From: a virus
Taxonomy: Duplodnaviria > Caudoviricetes
Strand: one strand, 5' to 3'
Virus record (IMG/VR): IMGVR_UViG_3300028914_000074
Coordinates: 6,088 to 70,087 of that record
Length of the DNA stretch: 64,000 nucleotides
Shown: positions 30,814 to 41,200 of the stretch, piece by piece
Numbering within the stretch: position 1 is the stretch's first letter
Layout: each line of letters opens with the position of its first letter
Notes under the pieces: model-generated
The model's database searches: none
Seen by the model: the letters and a program-made list of their open reading frames with translations, nothing else
Told to the model about the DNA's origin: nothing
Position numbers and translations under genes: made by a program

Positions 30814-30838
30814 AACATAATACAGTTTGCAAAAGCAA

Positions 30839-30911
30839 AGCTACCAGACGGAATCGAACCGCCAACCCATAGTTTACAAAACTATTGCGCTGCCTGTTGC
30901 GCTATGGTAGC
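30839..30911 (-). tRNA. tRNA-Thr(UGU)
   Basis: GCTACCA/TGGTAGC acceptor, ATAGT-TTTGTAA-ACTAT anticodon arm, GGTTCGATTCC. Confidence 0.9.
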
Positions 30912-31062
30912 GTGGGCAGTTTGCAAAATTGGGAAGTTTTACTTTAATTTGCACTTCATTACGATTCAGCCAAACACCTAGCTGACAACCAATTTTACCA
31001 TTTTTTATTTTCGTAGGGGTTAATCTGCTCACGCCCTATTATTCGGGATCTACCCGACCTCT

Positions 31063-31151
31063 AGCGTATGATTGGAATTGCACCAATGCTTCTATCACTA
31101 CCTTTTGAAAACGCATTTTCTAAGGTGAATGGAATTACCATTGCATACACT
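31063..31151 (-). ncRNA. tRNA-like RNA with non-canonical core
   Basis: GTGTATG/CATACGC acceptor, ATTGG-TGCAATT-CCAAT T-like arm; core is two hairpins without a 7-nt anticodon loop. Confidence 0.5.
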
Positions 31152-31344
31152 ACGGAAGAATGACCTACTTGAAAACTTCCAAGACAGATAAACTTCGTCA
31201 GGTGAGGTATTGGCCTATAACTACAGTCTATCAATCTTCTTACCTTCTTATCGAAACTTATTAGGTCACTTTTTCCGATGCTTTATTGTTGCTCGTCAGC
31301 AAATCCCAAGATTAAGGGAAACCAATAAAGACTTACACGGGTAA

Positions 31345-31398
31345 CACCTAGCCGGGCATTTGAAGCCCGTTTAATCACAGCCGTTTGCCGTACTAGGT
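31345..31398 (-). ncRNA. tRNA-like minihelix
   Basis: ACCTAGT/GCTAGGT acceptor-like stem, CGGGC-TTCAAAT-GCCCG T arm; ~54 nt total. Confidence 0.55.
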
Positions 31399-31419
31399 TT
31401 TGCATGGAGGGCTTAAAAT

Positions 31420-31491
31420 AACAAAGATGGGATTTGAACCCATGACTACGAAATTAAAAGTTTCGTACTCTGCCAACTGAACTATGAGAGC
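31420..31491 (-). pseudogene. tRNA-Lys(UUU) with unpaired acceptor stem
   Basis: D arm, CGAAA-CTTTTAA-TTTCG and T arm intact; 5' GCTCTCA cannot pair with 3' CTTTGTT. Confidence 0.7.
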
Positions 31492-31501
31492 AAATGTTAA
31501 A

Positions 31502-31590
31502 TCACAGCAGTTGGAATCGAACCAACATCAAGGGCATTCATGCGCTCTATCCCTTTATGCGCCAAAGCTTTGCCATTAAGCTATGCTGTG
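31502..31590 (-). ncRNA. tRNA-like RNA lacking a canonical anticodon arm
   Basis: Perfect CACAGCA/TGCTGTG, GCTT/AAGC D arm, GTTGG-TTCGATT-CCAAC; ~40-nt atypical central region. Confidence 0.65.
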
Positions 31591-31704
31591 CGACGAGGTA
31601 TTATGTTCACCTCACTCAACATATCCATAAGAGCTTTTTTGATTGATTCATACCTAGGATTGAATCGTTGAGAAATCTATTATTTGTTCTAAAAACTCAA
31701 CTAG

Positions 31705-31775
31705 AGCCAACCATCGGACTTGAACCGATATACCATGATTACAGGTCATGAGTCCTACCATTGGACGAGGATGGC
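31705..31775 (-). tRNA. tRNA-Thr(UGU), second copy with C33 and one acceptor mismatch
   Basis: GCCATCC/GGTTGGC, CATGA-CCTGTAA-TCATG, ATCGG-TTCAAGT-CCGAT. Confidence 0.7.
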
Positions 31776-31963
31776 ATACAACCCTATCTGATCTAATTCC
31801 AAAGAATGATAGTTTAGTGGGCTGTGTGCTTCACCGCCTTTCGGGCAAGTTACAAGGTATCCCACCTGTACGACTAACTTATCATGGCGCGCTTTCCATG
31901 ATTGTTTAGTCTGTAACATAAAACATCGCGCAATGTCTTATGTTATCCGCCTAAACTATCAAA

Positions 31964-32068
31964 ATCCCAAGACAAGGATTTACACCTTGCATGATTGGCT
32001 ACTCCCTCACTTTTCGTGGAAAAATGTCACCAATCTCGGTCAGCGTCTACCTATTCCGCCACTTGAGA
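31964..32068 (-). ncRNA. Leu/Ser-type tRNA-like RNA with long central insert
   Basis: TCTCAAG/CTTGGGA acceptor, class-II D arm GTGGCGGAATAGGTAGACGC, CAAGG-TGTAAAT-CCTTG; central GATTGG...CCAATC hairpin, 105 nt total. Confidence 0.6.
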
Positions 32069-32420
32069 TTGCAGTCCTTCCAAAGATTGTCTATCCATCT
32101 CATACTTTTCTAGGTACGGGACTTCGACTGTGAACCGTTCTCTGCATCGTGTATTTCATTTCTTACTCAAACCCGACCCCAGGCACCAGGCACAAATAGC
32201 CAAGCCACAGGCACCGGGCAAGTGCGCGTATGTACGCCAAACACGCTTTGCGCTTCTGATTCTCTCTCAGAAGTAAGAGAAGTGTTTTTATCCATGTTAC
32301 GCTTCATGCACAGTCAAATGCCCTGACTGCCGGGCCTCGTTAGTCACTAACGATAATGCCAACCGCTCTGCTTCGATTGGTAAGAGTGTTTTTATGGTGT
32401 TATCGCCTCACCATGTTAAA

Positions 32421-32494
32421 TTGCGGAGACAAGATTTGAACTTGTGATCTCTTGGCCATGAACCAAGCGAGAAACCAGACTTCTCTACTCCGCC
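32421..32494 (-). tRNA. tRNA-Met(CAU), initiator-like
   Basis: 1:72 mismatch (G:A), CTTGG-TTCATGG-CCAAG, 3' CTCCGCAA as in fMet tRNAs. Confidence 0.8.
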
Positions 32495-32725
32495 GTAACC
32501 GGGGACTTCTCATAGGTAGAAATCCCCGCTGTTCCCAAGAAACGCCGTTCTGCGGGAACGCTTTAGGCAGCTAACCTCTGATATACTGTTCCCTATCAGA
32601 CGGGAATGTGCCATTGTGGACACAAACCCCATCGGTGCCATTGAAGCACCTTTAACCAGGACTTATTCCTAATGGGTGAAAGGAGAAATCCGCAAAAGAT
32701 TTCTCAAGGAGATTGCAATCTCCAA

Positions 32726-32797
32726 CAGGGGTAATTGGAATCGAACCAATGTTGTCAGGGTCAAAGCCTACTGTAATAACCATTATACGATACCCCT
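32726..32797 (-). tRNA. tRNA-Gln(UUG)
   Basis: AGGGGTA/TACCCCT, loop CTTTGAC, ATTGG-TTCGATT-CCAAT. Confidence 0.85.
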
Positions 32798-32803
32798 TAA
32801 TTG

Positions 32804-32977
32804 TCAACCATTTTCGTCATTAGGTTGATTATAATACATATCAGCAACCTCTTTAACAAGGTTATGCTTCAACGCTTCTTCTACTGGAATCGGTTTTGTG
32901 TCCATGTAGTGTTCAGCGTATTTGTCCACATATTGTCGAAATTCTTTGTTGTTTTGGTATAACAGCCCTAAATCCAT
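32804..32977 (-). CDS. 57-aa hypothetical protein
   Basis: Hand-translated MDLGLLYQNNKEFRQYVDKYAEHY...; RBS AAGGAG. Confidence 0.6.
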   Translation of the reverse strand: MDLGLLYQNNKEFRQYVDKYAEHYMDTKPIPVEEALKHNLVKEVADMYYNQPNDENG

Positions 32978-33025
32978 TTAATCATCTCCTTTGGAATTAA
33001 GGCTATTATACCATTTTATTAGTAG

Positions 33026-33196
33026 TTAGTCAATATTCTCAACCACAATTCCGTTCTCAAATTCCTTTGCTACCTTCTCGGCAGACTTTTTATCATCCCA
33101 ACTTCCCCAATACCATAATTTCCCATCAACAAATCTTGCAACCACATATTGCCTTGGTTCCTTTGAAATGTTTTCTACTTTGACCTTGCATAACAT
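33026..33196 (-). CDS. 56-aa hypothetical protein
   Basis: Hand-translated MLCKVKVENISKEPRQYVVARFVDGKLWYWGSW... Confidence 0.6.
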   Translation of the reverse strand: MLCKVKVENISKEPRQYVVARFVDGKLWYWGSWDDKKSAEKVAKEFENGIVVENID

Positions 33197-33636
33197 ACTC
33201 TTTCACCTCTCTTTATTTGTTTTCTGTATTCTTTTCCGTATTGGCATAGCTTTTCGCTGTTTTTTTGGTAATACTCTTTCATAAATCGCAATACTTTCTG
33301 TTTGTTTATCTTATAGTATTCCCTCATGTATTCAGCGTTTTTCCTTTTTCGTTCTGAATCTCTTTTTGTTTTTAATTCTTTGTATTTCAGTTTTCGCTCA
33401 TCATCAGACAATGGTTTGATAAGATTATTAGGTTCAAATTCTCCTAAATCTGATACTTCTCCTACTTCCACGGCCTTAAAGTTGCCTTTCCATTTTCCGT
33501 CTTTTATGTGCCTTGCAAAAGTAGTAAGTGGAATACCCAAATAATCAGCCGTAGCTTGTCTCCCGGAAATATCGCATACAACTGGAAATTCATATTCGTC
33601 ATTTGTTACGATGCTGTATAGTTTTGTTATTGGCAT
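33175..33636 (-). CDS. hypothetical protein with basic C-terminus
   Basis: YSIVTNDEYEFPV; REYYKINK repeats. Confidence 0.55.
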   Translation of the reverse strand: MPITKLYSIVTNDEYEFPVVCDISGRQATADYLGIPLTTFARHIKDGKWKGNFKAVEVGEVSDLGEFEPNNLIKPLSDDERKLKYKELKTKRDSERKRKNAEYMREYYKINKQKVLRFMKEYYQKNSEKLCQYGKEYRKQIKRGERVCYARSK

Positions 33637-34498
33637 TAGTCACCATCCTTTAGAAAATCTTTAATGTCCATCTGTCCTTGTATTTCTTCATCAACAGGTG
33701 GATTCATAAAGTCAAATAAGTTCATCTGTGCCGTTTCACGATCAAGCCGTTCCTTTGCAAGTCTGTAATACTCAGGATCAATCTCAAAACCAACATACTT
33801 GTGGTTTGTATTCCTACAAGCGATTAGGCTGCTTGCGCTTCCAACGTGGGTATCAAGAATTATGTCACCGGGCTTTGCGTATTTGTTCAACAGCCATTCA
33901 TACAGTTTTATGGGTTTCTGCGTTGGATGGAATCTGTTTCCACTAGGGTCTTGTGGTGCGCATTCAAACACCTTTGCATTCTCGTTAAAACTTGTCCAAG
34001 CATATTCTGCCATTGCCATTGAAAAGCTGTCTGAAATAGTCAGTTTTCGCCAAACAACAAAGCATCTTGTCGGTGGAAGTTCAAAGTAATTCCCCCCCCA
34101 GATAATCTGGTTCCGTGAGACGCGAAAGAGTTCTTCAAAGTATTCTCTTCCGGGGGCAACGTCCCACGTGATGATTTTTTTGAGTATTTCTCTGCCAATG
34201 TTCCGCCTGTTCTCGTAATTCTTGTTCTTCTTCCGAAGTCCGAATGTGTAGTGTCGTGTTCTTGTACTTGTCGAAATGGCCTCCGAATCTGTTCCAAGGT
34301 TTCCCACCCCCCCAGTACATCAAGGGTTTTCGCGTTCTGATGGTATTTACTGAACCAGCCCTTGCAACCGCCGCTTTCCGTAAATCCTGCTCCGTATGGA
34401 GGGTCAACTATGGCAAGATCAAAGTAATTGTCTGGAAATTCCTTCATTCCCTCAAGGCAATCCATCAAATAAAACCCAAAATCAAGCATTTTCTGCAT
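33636..34498 (-). CDS. N6A/N4C DNA methyltransferase (beta class), interrupted by a frameshift
   Basis: DLAIVDPPYG in ORF 34040..34498; HPTQKP, ILDTHVGSASS, GFEID in ORF 33636..34307; joined by a -1 shift at A7 or G7. Confidence 0.85.
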
Positions 34499-34715
34499 CC
34501 TCTCCTTCTTTCAAATACCGATTCTTTTTCTCTTCAAAATGATTGTAAATGTGTTGTCCGTGATTTGTAAGAATAATATTAAGGTCTGTCATCATTCCGT
34601 CAAGATTTTCTATTGTTTGTTGTAACCTAACTAATTCTTTTTGCCTTTTCTCTTTTTCTGCCTTATAATGCAAATATAGCTGTGCCACGTCAACATAAAG
34701 CGTATTATTGCTCAT
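34482..34715 (-). CDS. hypothetical coiled-coil protein
   Basis: ORF track; coupled overlaps. Confidence 0.5.
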   Translation of the reverse strand: MSNNTLYVDVAQLYLHYKAEKEKRQKELVRLQQTIENLDGMMTDLNIILTNHGQHIYNHFEEKKNRYLKEGEDAENA

Positions 34716-35216
34716 TCATCTTCTCCTATTCCAAACCAATCTTTTGTTGACAATCAAAATTTCTTCTGCGTCCAATGCTCTGTCAAATTCAATCAATAAG
34801 TCTCTTAATCTCATTTTTGAAACCAAAGCATAGGCAGATAAATCGTCAAGGTTATCTTCTGGAATCTGCTTTATTGCTTCCACAAATTCCCTTTGAAGCA
34901 GCGTTGCATATCCAGCTCTGCTTCTTCCCGTGTATTCCTCATGCAAAAGTCTCCTGATAAGTTCTGACACAGTAGCCCCTCTTGCATCTGCCAACTTAAT
35001 GTAAGCATCATATTCATGTTCGTCTACACGGGTCATTATGACTTTGTGTTTTGCATTCGGCTTCTTCGGTCTGCCAACACTATTCTGTCTCTTTTGTTTA
35101 TCAACAATTACATCGTTTTGTTTACCTATAAGACTTTCAATTTTAATACCGTCTTTTGGATAAAACTTTTCTCTTATTTTTTCTAATTCTTTTTGTTGAT
35201 AGTTACTCCTCGCCAT
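34716..35216 (-). CDS. RHH-containing protein
   Basis: GRPKKPNAKHKVIMTRVDEHEY...ATVSELIRRLL. Confidence 0.6.
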   Translation of the reverse strand: MARSNYQQKELEKIREKFYPKDGIKIESLIGKQNDVIVDKQKRQNSVGRPKKPNAKHKVIMTRVDEHEYDAYIKLADARGATVSELIRRLLHEEYTGRSRAGYATLLQREFVEAIKQIPEDNLDDLSAYALVSKMRLRDLLIEFDRALDAEEILIVNKRLVWNRRR

Positions 35217-38200
35217 TATCCGTTATTTCCTCCGCTTGACTTTTTATTCCCCATGATGATTTATAGCCAAGTTCCTTAATGGCTTTATTTGCCTTTTTAG
35301 CGGTATTTTCGTCCTCTGCCGTAATCATTATCACTCCGCTTATTAAAGTGGCATTAAAACCCATTTCTGACAGTTTCGTAGCACATTCTTCTTTACTCAA
35401 TTTCTACTTTATCCAACCTTTCCGACACGCAATCAGCGCATAATTGTTCGTATCCGTATTCGTAAAGATCGTCTACTTCTTCACCGCATTTGTCGCAAAT
35501 CAATACTGGAACCCTACGCAAGCTACATTCACTACCTCTACATGAATAACCTTCAGTAGCACAATCACAACACTGGTTCTCGTACCTAACCATTATATCC
35601 CTCCATTCTTAATGTATTGCATTTCCACGTACTTCCCGTAAGTCATTCCTGATTCTCTTGCAAGTCTCTGAATTTCTTCAATAGACTTTACGTCTTTCTT
35701 CTTTTTTCTCTTTCCTTTCTTGTAATTAGTGTTTTCTCTTAATTCTTTATTCCTTGCCATAGTACGCTCCATGCAACCATTTCTATTATTTATGATTGAA
35801 CATTCCTTGCTACAGCATATTTGATTACTTGTGTTTTGGGTAAATTCTCTACCGCATATTTTGCATATCTTAGTCATCCGCGATCAATCCCCCTTCTGAT
35901 ATAACTTGCAAGCCTTTTGGCTCGCCTGATGATAATTTACCCTGTTTGGATTCACGCACTTACCATCTTCTCGCGTGTCACCATTTCGGACATTAAACGC
36001 AAAAAACTTGCATGATCCACATTTATCATCATATTCGCTCTTAACGTTTCTTCTCATTCCTCACTAATCAATCCCCCTTCGCTGTCCTCGTCATCATTCA
36101 AATTTTTAAACTTGTCCTTAAAATGTTCGCAGCTCGCTTAACAAGGAACCACGGTCAATACTGATTCTTTGTTTGTGCAAATTCCAGTAGGAACAAGAGA
36201 CATAGGTCGCATACTATAATACTTACAATTTCCGCATTCACTCATTTTGTTTCCTCCTTTTGTTCATCCAGCTTAATTATTTTGGTATCAAGATATTCTA
36301 ATAATGACATTCCATTTTCTTTTGCTTCTTTTTCCCATTGGTTCTTCTTTTGCTCTAACAATTCTGTGTTGAAGAGAGCCATATACCAAGGATTATCCAT
36401 TATTTATCCTCCATTCCACAGTATTCTTTAATAATTTCAATCAAATCGTCCAAGCGAACAATCTTGCTTGCATCAAACTCTTCTATCCCGTACTCCGTTT
36501 CAGAGTAGGCCAGTTTATTTATTTTCTCAATTAACCCGTCAACACTTTTTAATGGGCAATACGGGTGCCGACCACAATTTGCGCAGCCACTAAATATCAG
36601 TTTGCAACCAAGAATTTCTCGTATACCAATATCATTACAGCATACGCAATTCTTCGGCATTTTCATTTCAGATATGATTACGCCCATTCACTCACCTTCT
36701 TTCATCTTTTTGGGAAGAGCATTTGATACCCCTTCGTCAATGCCTGCTCCGTAGCCTGTACGAAACACACAGTTTTTGCAATTTAACTCCGGCTGAACTG
36801 ATGGCAAGTTGTTAATAATGCTCGGAATAATCTTCGTTACAAACTCATCGAATGCACCTGTGGCGGTTGGATACTCATATTCATATACGCGCAAAATTTC
36901 ATTGATCGCTCCCTGTCTGTTGATTAAATTATCCTGCATAAAAAGGACACTCTCCTTTCTCTCTTTCCTCACACGGTGCTTGCTGTGGTGTGACAGATGA
37001 TGCTGAATTGATACATTTAACTGCATCGTCATAGCGGATATAGTGAATATAAGGAACAAGTTTAATTCCATCCTCTGAAACCAAAGGAGTAAGTTCAGGA
37101 CCAAAATATCCAAAGTCATCATATTTATTTATCGTCTTTAGTAAATCGCTTCTGCTGACGCAATCTTTGCATGGTTCCGCTTTCATGGATTTGATAGCTT
37201 CCTCCAAATTTGGTTCACTTTCTTCTAGCTTTGCTCTACAATTACCGCTGATAGCGTCCTCACATTCAATTCCCATAACCTCTAGTTCCGTCTGCCAATG
37301 CTTTTTCAGCCATTCTACATTGTATACAACATAGTCTTTGCCGCGCTTTTTAAGTGTACCTTTAGGAAAACGGATGCAATCCTCGCAGGTCTCCGTCTTT
37401 ATGGCCTTCATAGCTTCTTCCAAAATAGGAATATCGCGTTCATCTACCCAATCTTTGCCATTTTGCTTAATAAGCAAAATAGTATTCTCAAGCTGTTCAA
37501 TCATTTCTTCTCGTGTCATTTACTCGTCCTCCTGCATCTTCTTAATCTTTTCGGTAACTCTTTCTGCAATCATATCTAATAGATTGTCCATCACTTCTGC
37601 ACCATCTATTTTTTGTGTAAAATATTCACAATCATCGATTAAATTGCATTCACTTGGTTTTCCTATTCGACAGAATGGACACCTAATTCCGGAACATTCT
37701 TTCATTTCTCTCCCTCCTTCATCTTCTTCAAGACTTCCGAAATCTGAGGAAAATGCCTACCTGTCTTTTTAAAGTCAGATATATTCTTCCTTTTACCAAC
37801 ACTTCCATCTCTCCATAATATACTAAATCCTTCTATTTCAGATATGTGTGTGACGATGCCAATTATCTCTGCATACATATTATATACTTCATCTCCAACA
37901 TGGATTTCTGCATCTTCTTCCTGCTTCTTTTGCTCATACGCACGGATTTTCTCGATGGCTTCGGATGCAGTACATTGGACAAATATCTCGTCATTCGTTA
38001 CTATCGTAAATACGCCATCATTAAGGACTTTATTGCATTCCTTGTATCCCATTGACACCAATTTACTCGCCGCTTCCCATGCCTCGTTGCGACCTTGTTC
38101 AACCAATGCCGCCGCTCGTTCGATGGGTAACTTGCCTTGTTCCTTCCCTGCTTCAACTCCATCTTGATATGTTTCTTCGATCAGTTCTTCTATTTGTGTT

Positions 38201-41200
38201 GCGATTTGCTCTATTACCTGTTTCTTCATACCGACTGTACGCTGTTCCGTAGTTCCTAAACTCATTCTGCGTCACCTTCCTTCACAAACTTCACCAAGCT
38301 GTTGCATCTCATACATCTTGGTTTTCCAGAAAAATCGCAATGCAGTTCCGTTGCCCCATTAGGCTCACCGTCTGCACTAAAGATCAGCGTCTGGTGACAC
38401 TTCTCCAATATTCCATATTTTTTTACCTGACCACATTTCGGGCAAATAATCTTGTTCAATGTTCTTCACCTTCTTTCCACGGCTCTGGCAACGGCATCCA
38501 GGAAAGAATATAATACTCGTCTTGACCTTCATACCAATCATTCCATGTTTCAAAATCAAATGGACTAAACTTATTTGGCGTTCCATGTAATGCTCCAACA
38601 AATGCACAATCGACAAAATACTCATATTCCGTTTCCCATGAATATTTCATTTTTCCGGTTACCAAAACAGTTTCATTGTCTATCGGCAATCTGTCCTTGC
38701 ATGGAATCCACTTTCCAACCTTCTGCTGTTCTCCATTCATTACCCAACCACAAATATCATAAAGTGTGTATTTTGCTCCAAAACTTCCGTTCTCTATTGA
38801 TTTTTTAGCATCTTCCGGAATATCGATAATAAGTCTCATTCACTCACCTTCTTCCTTTGAATTATATTTTATACAACCGTTTTTGATGATACTATCTACC
38901 ATCCAGTTGTAACCGCAAAATCCTCTTGATTTCTTTATGATGGTATTTCCAGTTTTGCAATCCACTTTTTCCACAGATACACAAGCCGACCATCCATCAT
39001 TCCAGTTATACCAAAATGACTTTACAACAACATCTTTTGGAACACTTCTTTCTGCTCTGACAATCGCGTATAAATTATCTTCACCAGACCATTTTCCATT
39101 CCATGAACCTATACTTGGCATGGTTAATATAAATGCTATCATTCACTCACCTTCTTCCATATTTGTTTTACAGGAAGGACAGTACCTCCATTTATGTTTA
39201 TCCTTGTAATAAAAATGAAAAACTTCTCCACAGTTAGAACACTTATGATACCAATCATCTGTTCCTAGCCACTTTCCCACCTTCTGCTCTGGCTGAACGG
39301 GTGGTAACATATCATAATTGGACAATGCAGCATACGGCACATAACCACTAAATCTTTTACAAAGATTAAATGCCGCCTGTCTGCTGATAGCGTCATCGCA
39401 AGGCTTCGTCTGCAAGGCTTTGATCGCCATGTCTAACGATTCCATATACTTTGGATTGAATTGATACATTGAATCGTCTAGCACCTTGACTTCTTCAAGA
39501 ATTTCGATTGCTTCTTCCCTGGTCATACGTTCTCCTTTCCGTCATCCTCGAAAACACAAGTCCACTTTTTGCAGCCGTCAGCATCACGGATCTTGCATAC
39601 GTCACAAGGCCTGTCCTTAATGTATGACATCTTCCGCATATCAGCGATTGCCATCTGCTTTGCATCATCTGCTAGGCCATGTGCCTCAACCATTTCTAAT
39701 ACTTTAATCGCTTCCTGTCTGTCCATCGTCCTTCCCCTTCCGTTTTTCTTCCAGGTCATGCTGGATTACAACCCATACCATATACATTGTTACGGCAATA
39801 AAACCAATCACCATAGATACGATGATACAAAGGAAAATCATAAAATACATTTCAATCATTCTTCTTCCTCCGCTTTCTTCCGCATCCACTTTTTCAGTCC
39901 ATTCGCCCGTCCATCATACATCTTGCACAGCACATTTCCAGGACAGCCGTTGCAATCGTTCGGATGTCGCACTTCGCAGATAAACTGCGCCAACTCGTCA
40001 TCGTCCATCTGCCGAATCATCTCTCCGTTTGTCATGTTCATCCCCCTTTTTTTCTTCAATAATCCAACACCAGATAGCCCAAAGAAAACACATGATTGCA
40101 ATAATTCCAAATGCTGAAAAACATAAAAGTAAATACATCGCTGCCATTATTTGTCCTTTCCGATTACTGGAATATTTTCTTGCGTCCTGTATTCAAGCAT
40201 TCTATGTCCACACCTAACACATTCGCATCCCGTAAGATACGCCATGTATACAAATTTCTCATCAACTGTATGCGCGTACGTATCTGCAATCCTAAATTTT
40301 CCGTCTTGCCTAACAAAAATGCTTTCCCTAAACTCTTGTACTTCCCTATACAAATGAGGGCAAAAATAATCTGGATTAAAACCTTTCCTGATCCACAAAG
40401 GAATCGCCCTAATGTAACACATCAGCTTTTTAATCATTGTTTTTCTCCTCTTCTTTAATGATTTCCTTAATCCGATCATACGCAATTCCGACGGCAACCA
40501 TCTTTTTAATTTTATTTTCCTCTTTTTCTTGAACTTTTTCGCATCCATAAATCACGCCACGTATCTTTGCAAGAACAACTTTTTCATTCATCTTCTACCT
40601 CCATGTTCGCCCATTCTACAAATATTTCTCCACAAGTTTTTTCATCACTCTCCAACAAAGAATAGCAAAATTCACTTGCCGGACAAGCGTAACACATTAT
40701 AGGAGCGTCTATTTTTTTGTTCTTCATTTCTTCAAGCAGCTTGTCAATGTTTCTCATTATTCCTCCTAAAAATCAGTTTCATCCACTAAAACATACTTTG
40801 CAAATTGTACTACGTTTCCTTCCGCATTCCTCTTGACGCAACGGATCGTCTTAATGTCATGACCTTCCTCTTTCAAGTCATAAATCCTGGCAGACAAACG
40901 ATAGCATCCAAATTTTTCAACAGCCTGTGCTTGCGTAATGCTTCCTTCCGTCATAAGATGGTTCAAAATCTTGTTACATTGTGTTCTTGTGTGTTCCGTT
41001 TTTTCTCTCATAGCTATTTTTCTCCTTTCACGTGCTTTTGCACAATTCAATCATACTACTTTATTAGTATTATTGCAATACAAAAATGATATTTTTCAAA
41101 AGAAAACCCACGGGATTTCTCCCATGGTTCTTCATGTTATGATTTCGGCATTTCCGGCATATACATCCAAGCCGTTACATATTCGTCCATAATGCCTGGG

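Noticed and set aside
31933-32133. ORF in the tRNA island
   Set aside because: Antisense to a tRNA-like element; no RBS or protein-like features.
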